A stretch of 64,000 nt of DNA from Thermoplasmatota archaeon (GTDB taxonomy: Archaea > Thermoplasmatota > Penumbrarchaeia > Penumbrarchaeales > Penumbrarchaeaceae): positions 1-64,000 of the forward strand of contig CBDDUX010000032.1 in the NCBI GenBank assembly GCA_965234725.1, given 5' to 3'. The position numbers were made by a program, and so were the translations under genes. Numbering within the stretch: position 1 is the first letter of the stretch; the number at the start of each line of letters is the position of its first letter. Under the pieces are notes generated by a model that saw nothing but the letters and a program-made list of their open reading frames with translations, ran no database searches and had not been told where the DNA came from. This document shows positions 1 through 13,300 of the stretch, piece after piece.

Positions 1-120
1 GCCAAAAACATCAAAATGAAAAGGTAAACGATGTTGTGAGCCTTTCCAGATAGGTACAAGTTCATTCAATACTCTTTTTAATCAATATCCGTATCCCGTA
101 TCCAGGATAGGGGGCTTTCC

Positions 121-1140
121 TTGAGGGGACCTAAAAAGGAAAAAGCTGATTTCGTCTACAAGAGAAGGAGGGCGACTCTCACAACGGTCCTCTTTCGATT
201 CATAGCCCTCTTCCTTCTGATATCGATCATCTCCGGGATCGTCTACTTCGATAGGGATAGCTATTACGATTCACAGGACGGAGAGATCTCAGAACTGGAT
301 GCGATCTATTTCACGGTCGTCTCCATAACTACAACAGGTTACGGTGACATTGTTCCGGTCAAACAGGATGCAAGGATCATAGATACGGTATTCATAACGA
401 TCGGAAGGGCTGCACTATGGTTCGTTATCGTTGGAACCGCATATCAATTCGTTTTCGAGAGGTACAGGGAGGCATATCTTATGAAGGCCATCCAGAATAG
501 GCTGTCGGATCACGTAATAATCGTGGGGTTCTCCACAGCTGGGCGATCCGCTGCTAGGGAACTCCAGGCTAAGGGAATGAAAAAGGGACAGATTGTGGTG
601 ATCACAAGTGATCCCTCGGATTCACAGGATGCCGCGGAATTGGGTTATATTTCAATTCTGGGAGATGCTTCCAAGGAGAAGAATCTCAAAGACGCGATGA
701 TCCTTAAGGCCAGAGCTGTTGTCATTGCCACCAGGAGGGATGATACCAATGTTCTGATATCTCTCACTGCCAAGGACCTCAATCCCGATGTCAAGGTCAT
801 ATCCCAGGTCACAGACCTGGAGAATACAAAGCTTCTGAGAAAGTCCGGGGTCGAGACGATCATTGCCCCTGGAGTAACAGCGGGTTCACTTATGGCCACC
901 GCAACGACCCAGCCTTATGTCGTGAACCTTCTGGAGGACGTGATGACATCCGAGAAAGGGATGTATCTGAGCCAGAGAGGGATAAAGGGATCCGAGATCG
1001 GAAAGGATCCACGTTCTCTGAAAAGTATCGTGGTTTTAGGTGTTGTTAGGAACAAGAAGGTCCTCTCCCTCGAGAGAATGGACGATCTCAAATTAAAGGA
1101 GGGGGACGGGCTCCTTTTCATGGATGATAAACATAAGTGA
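121..1140 (+). CDS. MthK/Kch-type potassium channel with RCK (TrkA-N/C) domains
   Basis: Two TM helices around the pore signature TTTGYGD; C-terminal Rossmann RCK domain (HVIIVGFSTAG...GDAS). Confidence 0.92.
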   Translation: MRGPKKEKADFVYKRRRATLTTVLFRFIALFLLISIISGIVYFDRDSYYDSQDGEISELDAIYFTVVSITTTGYGDIVPVKQDARIIDTVFITIGRAALWFVIVGTAYQFVFERYREAYLMKAIQNRLSDHVIIVGFSTAGRSAARELQAKGMKKGQIVVITSDPSDSQDAAELGYISILGDASKEKNLKDAMILKARAVVIATRRDDTNVLISLTAKDLNPDVKVISQVTDLENTKLLRKSGVETIIAPGVTAGSLMATATTQPYVVNLLEDVMTSEKGMYLSQRGIKGSEIGKDPRSLKSIVVLGVVRNKKVLSLERMDDLKLKEGDGLLFMDDKHK

Positions 1141-1181
1141 AAACCCCACATATAAATAAGATATTCAGATATGCCTTCAGC

Positions 1182-1802
1182 GTGAGGACCCTGGAATGGG
1201 ATCATGGGAATCCTGATCCTGTTGTCGATGAGATCATCTCCGAGTTCGCAATGGGTAAGCCTGTTATCATCCCAACTGATACTTTGTACGGTCTTGCATG
1301 TCCATTATCGAACAAGAGTGGTTTGAAAAGGATATTCGATCTGAAATCCAGGCCTGAAGGTATCACACTTCCCGTCGCTGTCGGTGAGGTTGAAGATATT
1401 CATAATGTTGCGATACCAGACAGATCCTCGATCGGTATTCTGATGGAAAGGCTCCCTGGACCATACTCCTTCATCCTCCCAGCAAATCCTTCCCTTCCAT
1501 CTTCGGTCACACGGAACGGTAGTGTGGCAGTGAGGGTTCCAGATCATCCATTGTTCCCTATTCTTTGTAAGAAAATAGGACCTATGGCACTTACCAGTGC
1601 CAATCTTCATGGTAGGCGATCCGTCTCTACCATTGAAGAAGCAATGGACCAATTCGGACAGGTGGACCTTTTGATGATATTGGACAGGTCACGTGTGTTC
1701 GACCAACATTCGACCATCATCGATCTTACAGGTAGTGAACCGATGGTTGTAAGAGATAGAAGACGATTCGAAGCTGAACATCAGAGGGACCAAGATGGAT
1801 GA
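1182..1802 (+). CDS. sua5: L-threonylcarbamoyladenylate synthase (Sua5/TsaC/YrdC domain)
   Basis: PTDTLYGL, KSRP, AVRVPDHP and TSANLHG motifs. The frame is open from 1137; GTG at 1182 is preferred because a TATA-like ATATAAATA lies at about 1150. Confidence 0.9.
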   Translation: MRTLEWDHGNPDPVVDEIISEFAMGKPVIIPTDTLYGLACPLSNKSGLKRIFDLKSRPEGITLPVAVGEVEDIHNVAIPDRSSIGILMERLPGPYSFILPANPSLPSSVTRNGSVAVRVPDHPLFPILCKKIGPMALTSANLHGRRSVSTIEEAMDQFGQVDLLMILDRSRVFDQHSTIIDLTGSEPMVVRDRRRFEAEHQRDQDG

Positions 1803-2685
1803 GGAAGAGCTCTCCAAGTGGAAGTTGGCAGGTCATATTGCAGGCAAAGGCAGGGACCTGGGTGCAAAGATGGTCGAGGAAGGTGTCACCTACCTGGAAG
1901 TAGCTGATACGGTTGAGGATTTCATAAGAGCAGAAGGAGGGACCGTGGCCTTCCCGGTGAATATCGCTATCAACGAGATAGCTGCCCACTATACACCAAG
2001 ACCGGGGGAAAAGACAAGGTTCCAGTACGGAGACCTTGTGAAAGTGGATGTTGGGGCTCAGATCGATGGAAGGATAGGAGATACGGCAAAGACCGTTGAG
2101 GTAGGATCGAATACTTATGAGGACCTGATCCTTGCCTCAAAGCGTTCCCTGGAATCTGCGATAGAAGTTGTTAGAGGGGGAATTACACTGTCCACTATCG
2201 GATCCATCGTGGAGAGGACCATGAATTCCATGGGATTCAAACCGATAGTGAACCTGACAGGCCATTCCATTGAGAGGTTCAACCTTCATGCAGGACTTTC
2301 GGTCCCAAATTATGATGACAGGTCAAAGGATTACGTACCTTCCGGGACCATCCTTGCGATCGAGCCTTTTTCCACGACGGGTGTGGGTGAGGTCCAATCA
2401 TGGAAAAGGTCCAATATATACCGGTTCGTGAGACCCAGGGGGAAGCTGAAGGAGGACCAGCAGAAGGCCATGGAGGTACTTCAGGAGACATCCGGGGGCC
2501 TTCCGTTTTCGGAGAGGTGGCTGGCACGGAAGATAGATAAACCCGAAAAACCCCTGAAAGGACTCGTAAAGGCCGGATCCGTCTATTCCTATCCAATTCT
2601 GAGGGAGACATCAGGAGGGATGGTGGCTCAATGGGAACACACACTTTATGTCACGGACCGTGGATGCAAGGTCCTGACCATCTGA
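1795..2685 (+). CDS. map: Methionine aminopeptidase type II
   Basis: AFPVNI..NEIAAHYTP, KVDVGA..DG.IGDTA, NLTGH, AIEPF, AQWEHT metal-binding motifs. Confidence 0.96.
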   Translation: MDEEELSKWKLAGHIAGKGRDLGAKMVEEGVTYLEVADTVEDFIRAEGGTVAFPVNIAINEIAAHYTPRPGEKTRFQYGDLVKVDVGAQIDGRIGDTAKTVEVGSNTYEDLILASKRSLESAIEVVRGGITLSTIGSIVERTMNSMGFKPIVNLTGHSIERFNLHAGLSVPNYDDRSKDYVPSGTILAIEPFSTTGVGEVQSWKRSNIYRFVRPRGKLKEDQQKAMEVLQETSGGLPFSERWLARKIDKPEKPLKGLVKAGSVYSYPILRETSGGMVAQWEHTLYVTDRGCKVLTI

Positions 2686-2694
2686 GGTAATAAT

Positions 2695-3825
2695 ATGACA
2701 GATGAGACGGAAGGAAGAATGACATATGCCCATGCCGGTGTTGACATCAGGGGAGAGGGAAAGGCCATAAGGGGCCTGATATCCTCTCTCAAATATCGAA
2801 AAACGGGGATCGGGGCACCTGTTGAAATTGGGGGGCATTTCACTGGACTCATTGATATCGGCGATCGATATCTTTCATTGTGTACCGATGGTGTGGGATC
2901 TAAGATAAAGATAGCTGAGGCGTTGCAGAAGTGGGATACAGTCGGTATTGACTGTATGGCAATGAACGTCAATGACATGATCTGCATAGGTGCAGAACCG
3001 CTTGCATTCGTTGATTACATCGCAGTTGACCATCCGGACCCTGCTGTCCTTACAGAGATCGGAAAAGGTTTGAACGAAGGTGCCAGCCAATCCGATCTAT
3101 CCATCATCGGAGGTGAAACGGCAACCCTTCCTGAGATCGTCAATGGGTTGGACCTGGCCGGAACCTGCCTGGGCATGGTTGAAAAAGATGCAGTGATAAC
3201 CGGAAATGATGTCCGGGTCGGGGATATTATCATCGGACTTCCTTCATCTGGCCTTCATTCCAACGGTTTCACACTTGTAAGGAGAGTGGTGGAGGATAAT
3301 GATCTGTCCCTGATAGCGCCGCTTGAAGAGGTGATATCCTCTTCAGATTGGAAGATGAGGACATTGTATCCGGAATATATGGTAGAAGTGGAAAATTGGG
3401 TCTCTTCCCAGGGTCCGCGTGTCCTTGGAGATATTCTCCTAACACCTACTCGTATCTATGTCAAGGAGATACTTGACCTTCTGAGAAAGGTTCCGAAGGG
3501 AACAGTGACCGGTATGGCCAATATCACAGGAGGGGGTATGAGGAACCTTAACAGGATCAAGGGAAGGGTCAGTTATCAATTGGATAACATGATGCCCGTC
3601 CCGCCTGTGTTCAGGTTGGTCCAGATCCTTGGAAGGGTAGAAGAGGAGGAGATGTACCAGACCTTCAACATGGGCCTGGGAATGGTTGTCATCGTAAGGG
3701 ATGAGATCCTTGATCTGGCAATGGAGACACTTGGACCGGTTGGGGGCATGGTCATTGGGATGGTCACGGAGGGTACGGGTGTTAACCTGCCCGGCACAGG
3801 TCTCAATTTTGAGGGCTATGTGTGA
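2695..3825 (+). CDS. purM: Phosphoribosylformylglycinamidine cyclo-ligase (AIR synthase)
   Basis: YAHAGVD, TDGVGSK, GIDCMAMNVND, GGETA, SSGLHSNG, FNMGLG motifs. Confidence 0.96.
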   Translation: MTDETEGRMTYAHAGVDIRGEGKAIRGLISSLKYRKTGIGAPVEIGGHFTGLIDIGDRYLSLCTDGVGSKIKIAEALQKWDTVGIDCMAMNVNDMICIGAEPLAFVDYIAVDHPDPAVLTEIGKGLNEGASQSDLSIIGGETATLPEIVNGLDLAGTCLGMVEKDAVITGNDVRVGDIIIGLPSSGLHSNGFTLVRRVVEDNDLSLIAPLEEVISSSDWKMRTLYPEYMVEVENWVSSQGPRVLGDILLTPTRIYVKEILDLLRKVPKGTVTGMANITGGGMRNLNRIKGRVSYQLDNMMPVPPVFRLVQILGRVEEEEMYQTFNMGLGMVVIVRDEILDLAMETLGPVGGMVIGMVTEGTGVNLPGTGLNFEGYV

Positions 3826-4064
3826 AATATATCAAATATAAAGGCTAATAAGCTATGTAAAGTTACATGAATAAATAAAACTAACACGAAAACTGCCAAT
3901 GCCCATATCCTCTCAACCCGCATTGTCTTGACCTATCGAGAGCGCAAACAACCATTCCATACACACACATTTAATAGTTACGTCCCCAAGTGTGTTATAC
4001 CGAAGCTGACAGCCACAGATACGTTCCGACATGTCAATTTGTATCCAATTTGTGTCTCGGTATC

Positions 4065-4080
4065 AAAATCCTTATATAAT
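4065..4080 (+). promoter_or_regulatory. Probable archaeal BRE/TATA promoter for the tRNA-Lys/rpo cluster
   Basis: AAAATCC-TTATATAA at 4065-4079, about 60 nt upstream of the tRNA. Confidence 0.6.
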
Positions 4081-4137
4081 AAATGCCTTATCCCCGTCAA
4101 CGTCTTGACCGTATCGGGTAGCGGGAATGGTATTTCT

Positions 4138-4252
4138 GGGTCCGTAGCTCAGCTAGGTAGGTTGTTCGGTCCGCTCAGTGGCCGTCTTCCCTAGAAAGAG
4201 CGTCTGGCTTTTAACCAGATGGCCGGGGGTTCGAATCCCCTCGGACCCGCCA
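4138..4252 (+). tRNA. tRNA-Lys(UUU) with a 38-nt D-loop intron (4159-4196); CCA encoded
   Basis: Acceptor stem GGGTCCG/CGGACCC, D stem GCTC/GAGC, anticodon arm TCTGG-CTTTTAA-CCAGA, T arm GGGGG-TTCGAAT-CCCCT, GCCA end. Removing 4159-4196 gives a normal 77-nt tRNA. Confidence 0.93.
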
Positions 4253-4303
4253 ATCCCTCCTTTACGGTGAACCGCCAACCCGCCCCCGCCGGAGGATAGT
4301 AAC

Positions 4304-4555
4304 ATGCCCAGGTTCAATGTAATGGAAAACTTTCTGGTACCCAGACACACGATCATGAGTGAGGAAGAGGTTCAGGAGTTGCTAGAGAAATTCGGTATCA
4401 TTAGGGAGAAACTTCCGCAGATACTGATGATGGATCCATGTGCCAGAGCGGTTGGAGCCCAACCGAACCAGGTTCTCAAGATAGAAAGGGAGAGTCCTAC
4501 GGCAGGAACGTCGTATTACTACAGGCTGGTCGTTGAAGAGAGGACCGGATTCTGA
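4304..4555 (+). CDS. rpoH: DNA-directed RNA polymerase subunit H (Rpo5)
   Basis: LVPRHTIM, LPQI...DP, KIERESPTAG...YYRLV; GGAGG RBS; first gene of the rpo operon. Confidence 0.96.
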   Translation: MPRFNVMENFLVPRHTIMSEEEVQELLEKFGIIREKLPQILMMDPCARAVGAQPNQVLKIERESPTAGTSYYYRLVVEERTGF

Positions 4556-4616
4556 GGGGATTGAACAATATGACACATTACACAATAGGAGCATATGCCA
4601 TATCGGAGGTGACGGA

Positions 4617-7600
4617 ATGAAAGAGGTAGTAGAAGCTTTCTTCAGGAGCAGAGATGTGATCAACCATCAACTGGCCTCTTTCAATGATTTTCTCCCTACT
4701 CATGATAATCCCAAATCCAGGATGCAGAGGATCATAGATTCGATCCGGATAGGAGAGGTCGAGAACGAGAGGGGGATAATCAGGCTGGATGTTGACAAGC
4801 TTGATGAGGATTCCATTGATATCAAGCTTGGTAGGATCACAGTTGGAACCCCAATAGTAAAGGAGGCCAATGGAGCCACCCATGAGCTAACTCCCATGGA
4901 GGCCAGGCTCAGGGACCTGACATATTCCGCACCCATTTTTCTGGAATTCACAATAATCGAGAATGGAATCGACAGGGAACCGGAAAAGGTCAAGATTGGC
5001 GACCTCCCGATAATGATCAAGTCAAAGAGGTGCAACCTCCACAAGGAGATGTTGAGCCAGGACAGGAACCTGACCGAAGAGCAGTATTATATCAGGCTCC
5101 AGGACATGAGAGAAGATCCACTTGATCCAGGTGGCTATTTCATAATAAATGGAACAGAGAGGTCTCTGATATCACTGGAGGACCTATCCCCCAATAGGGT
5201 GCTCGTGGAATGGGAGGAAAAATACGGCACCCCTATGGCAGTCGCCAAGGTATTCTCTCAAAGAGAGGGTTTCAGAGCTCTAACATCGGTCGAGCTGAAG
5301 AAGGATGGTATATTGATGGTATCCGTCCCGGCAGCTCCCACCCAGATCCCATTGATCGTTCTCATGAAGGCTCTCGGGATGGATGCTGATGAGGACATTG
5401 CTAAGGCAGTTGTATCCGATGAGAGAATGAACAATATAATATTCGCTAACCTTGAAGAATGCGCGACCACCCATAATGTGAATACCATCGAGGACGCCCT
5501 GAATTATCTGGAGAAGAAATTTGCAACCGGACAGGCAAAGGAGTTCAGGGAGAAGAAGGTCGAGTCCATTATCGACAAGTCCCTCCTTCCCCATCTGGGA
5601 GATCACAGGGACCAGAGGATCAAGAAGTCGATATACCTGGGAAGGATCGCCAGGTCTGTTCTTGAACTCAAATTGGGCCAGAGAGATCCCGATGATAAGG
5701 ACCATTATGCAAACAAGAGGATATCACTTGCAGGAGACCTGATGGAGGACCTTTTCAGGGTAGCCTTTACATCATTGATGAAGGACCTCAAATATCAATT
5801 GGAGAGGACCATCAGCAGGAAGAGAAAGCTCAGGGTAAGCTCATCCATAAGACCGGATGTTCTATCCCAGAGGATCATCCACGCCTTGGCAACCGGAAAC
5901 TGGGTTGGTGGAAGGGATGGAGTATCCCAGCTGCTGGATAGGACCTGCAACATGTCAACGATATCCCATTTGAGAAGGATCACTTCCCCTCTCACAAGGT
6001 CCCAACCCCATTTCGAGGCAAGGGACCTTCATCCGACCCAGTGGGGTAGGCTCTGTCCCAATGAGACACCTGAGGGTCAGAACTGTGGTCTGGTGAAGAA
6101 CCTGGCCCTGATCGTTGATATTTCCGAGGGTTATGACGATAGAAAACTGGAGTCCACTCTTTTTGACATGGGTGTAAGGCGTATAGAGAAGGAACTGACA
6201 GATGAAGCAAGGGTATATCTCAACGGCAATCTGATCGGCATCCACCATGATCCCGAGGGTCTTGTGGACCAGATCAGAAAGAGAAGAAGACAGGGATTCC
6301 TTGCAATGCCTCAGGAGAAATCACATGAGATCAACGTCAGGTACAACACACAGGTCAATTCGGTTATCATCAACTGCGATGATGGAAGGGTAAGAAGACC
6401 CTTGTTCGTTCTCGAAAAAGGACAGCATAAGCTGACAGAGAGAATGAAGGTGTCCCTTAATGAGGGAAAGATAACCTGGGAGGACCTTGTCCAGCAGGGT
6501 ATCATCGAATGGATCGACGCTGAGGAGGAGGAGGACCTATGGATCGCTGTGGACGAATCTGGAATAGATCCGGAGATGACCCATATGGAGATCGATCCTA
6601 TGGTAATTCTCGGAACCTGTTCAGGTCTTGTATGTTATCCACATCATAATTCATCCCCCAGGATAACCATGGGTTCAGGGATGGCAAAACAGTCGCTGGG
6701 ACTTGGTTCCTCAAATTTCAGGATCAGATGTGATACCAGGGGGCATCTGCTCCATTATCCCCAGAAACCTCTTCTTCAGACCAAGACCATGGATTTCGTG
6801 AATTTCAACAAGAGACCAGGCGGTCAGAACTTAGTCGTTGCCGTGATGTCATTTCAGGGCTACAACATGGAGGATGCATTGATCTTCAACAGGGCCTCCA
6901 TCGAGAGGGGTTTGGGAAGGTCTACCTTCATCCGGTCATATCCTGTAGAGGAGAGAAGGTATCCGGGTGGTCAGGAAGATAGGATAGAGATCCCGGATCC
7001 TGAAGTAATGGGGGCGAGGACAGAGGAGGCCTACACTAACCTCGATGAGGACGGAATAATCTCACCGGAATTCGAGGTTCAAGGAAAGGATGTCCTCATA
7101 GGAAGGACATCTCCGCCAAGGTTCCTTGAGGAGCATACAGATTTCCTTACCCCGAGAAGGAGAAGGGAGACCTCATTGACCGTCAGACCAAGAGAGGCTG
7201 GATACATCGACACTGTTATGATAACAGAATCAGAGAACGGTCTAAGGCTTGTGAAGGTTACGGTCAGATCCGAGAAAATACCCGAGATAGGGGACAAGTT
7301 CGCATCCAGACATGGTCAGAAGGGTGTTATTGGTTACATAGCGAATCCAGAGGATCTGCCTTTCAACGAAACAGGAATAATTCCTGATCTCGTTACCAAT
7401 CCTCACGCTATCCCGTCTCGTATGACAGTAGCCCATGTTCTTGAGATGATAGGTGGCAAAGTAGGGTCCATGAACGGGAGGTTCGTGGATGGGACCGCCT
7501 TTTCTGGCGAAAAGGAGGAAAAGCTTAGGAGGGAGCTCTTGGAAGCCGGATTCAAACACACTGGAAAGGAGACGATGTACGATCCTTTCACCGGCCAGAG

Positions 7601-8030
7601 ATTGCGAGTAGACGTATTCAAGGGAGTGATCTACTATCAGAAGCTCCATCACATGGTTTCTGGAAAGATGCATGTCAGGTCAAGAGGACCTGTCCAGATC
7701 CTTACCAGACAGCCTACGGAAGGACGTTCCAGACAGGGAGGTCTGAGGTTCGGAGAGATGGAGAGGGACTGTCTGATAGCCCATGGTGTATCCATGGTTA
7801 TCAAGGACCGTCTCCTTGATGAGTCTGATGGAACTATAGAGTATGTTTGCGGGAATCCGAAGTGCGGGAACGTAGCAATGCTGGATAAGAGAGGGGCGCT
7901 GAGGTGTCCCGTTTGTGGTGAGACCGGCAATATTCACCCTGTTCAGACCAGCTATGCTTTCAAACTCCTTATGGATGAATTGAAATCCATGTGTGTTGCA
8001 ATGCGTCTCAATCTGGAGGATCTACGCTGA
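4617..8030 (+). CDS. rpoB: DNA-directed RNA polymerase subunit B (Rpo2, unsplit)
   Basis: GGYFIING, ETPEGQNCGLVKN, GDKFASRHGQKG, GGLRFGEMERD motifs; ATG 4617 follows GGAGGTGA. Confidence 0.98.
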   Translation: MKEVVEAFFRSRDVINHQLASFNDFLPTHDNPKSRMQRIIDSIRIGEVENERGIIRLDVDKLDEDSIDIKLGRITVGTPIVKEANGATHELTPMEARLRDLTYSAPIFLEFTIIENGIDREPEKVKIGDLPIMIKSKRCNLHKEMLSQDRNLTEEQYYIRLQDMREDPLDPGGYFIINGTERSLISLEDLSPNRVLVEWEEKYGTPMAVAKVFSQREGFRALTSVELKKDGILMVSVPAAPTQIPLIVLMKALGMDADEDIAKAVVSDERMNNIIFANLEECATTHNVNTIEDALNYLEKKFATGQAKEFREKKVESIIDKSLLPHLGDHRDQRIKKSIYLGRIARSVLELKLGQRDPDDKDHYANKRISLAGDLMEDLFRVAFTSLMKDLKYQLERTISRKRKLRVSSSIRPDVLSQRIIHALATGNWVGGRDGVSQLLDRTCNMSTISHLRRITSPLTRSQPHFEARDLHPTQWGRLCPNETPEGQNCGLVKNLALIVDISEGYDDRKLESTLFDMGVRRIEKELTDEARVYLNGNLIGIHHDPEGLVDQIRKRRRQGFLAMPQEKSHEINVRYNTQVNSVIINCDDGRVRRPLFVLEKGQHKLTERMKVSLNEGKITWEDLVQQGIIEWIDAEEEEDLWIAVDESGIDPEMTHMEIDPMVILGTCSGLVCYPHHNSSPRITMGSGMAKQSLGLGSSNFRIRCDTRGHLLHYPQKPLLQTKTMDFVNFNKRPGGQNLVVAVMSFQGYNMEDALIFNRASIERGLGRSTFIRSYPVEERRYPGGQEDRIEIPDPEVMGARTEEAYTNLDEDGIISPEFEVQGKDVLIGRTSPPRFLEEHTDFLTPRRRRETSLTVRPREAGYIDTVMITESENGLRLVKVTVRSEKIPEIGDKFASRHGQKGVIGYIANPEDLPFNETGIIPDLVTNPHAIPSRMTVAHVLEMIGGKVGSMNGRFVDGTAFSGEKEEKLRRELLEAGFKHTGKETMYDPFTGQRLRVDVFKGVIYYQKLHHMVSGKMHVRSRGPVQILTRQPTEGRSRQGGLRFGEMERDCLIAHGVSMVIKDRLLDESDGTIEYVCGNPKCGNVAMLDKRGALRCPVCGETGNIHPVQTSYAFKLLMDELKSMCVAMRLNLEDLR

Positions 8031-8042
8031 GGAGGTGTCAAG

Positions 8043-12859
<4,817 letters not shown>

Positions 12860-12869
12860 GAGGGATCCT

Positions 12870-13160
12870 TTGGATATTAAAAGAGCGTTGAGAAACGTGC
12901 AGGAAAGCGGTAAGGTCACCGTTGGAATCAAGGAGACGATCAAGCAATTGAAGAAGAAGAAGGTCAAACTAGTGATAGTCTCCAAGAACAGTCCAGAGAA
13001 CGATTTAGAAGCCGTCAAGGGTTTCAAAGTGCCCGTCTACACATACAAGGGCACGAATGCGGAGCTCGGAGCCGCAAGTGGCAAACCCTTTGCAATTTCC
13101 ACCCTTGGAGTCCTGGAACCCGGTAACTCGGACATTCTGGCTCTCAAGGGGGAGGAGTGA
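12870..13160 (+). CDS. rpl30e: 50S ribosomal protein L30e
   Basis: GKVTVGIKETIK, ELGAASGKPF...LGVLEPGNSDIL; conserved position after rpoA''; TTG start after GGAGG. Confidence 0.95.
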   Translation: MDIKRALRNVQESGKVTVGIKETIKQLKKKKVKLVIVSKNSPENDLEAVKGFKVPVYTYKGTNAELGAASGKPFAISTLGVLEPGNSDILALKGEE

Positions 13161-13300
13161 TTCGAACATTTACAGGTGACGGATGTAAATGGCAGAAAAA
13201 TTGAATGACCTGAGAACCTTTTTATACGGATATTCGTTTTAGGAGAAGGTTATTCATATATAAACGCCAGTGAGTCCGAACCTAACGTGGGGGAAGCAAG

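Noticed and set aside
4108-4295. Complementarity between tRNA leader and trailer (ACCGTA/TACGGT; CGGGTAGCGG/CCGCCAACCCG)
   Set aside because: The segments are short and not nested in a consistent order; insufficient for a structured RNA or permuted tRNA call
3928-4356. ORFs 3928-4194 (+) and 4153-4356 (-)
   Set aside because: They overlap the promoter and the tRNA gene and have no protein-like features
4533-4616. 28-codon N-terminal extension of RpoB in the ORF track
   Set aside because: Overlaps rpoH; the strong GGAGGTGA RBS points to ATG 4617
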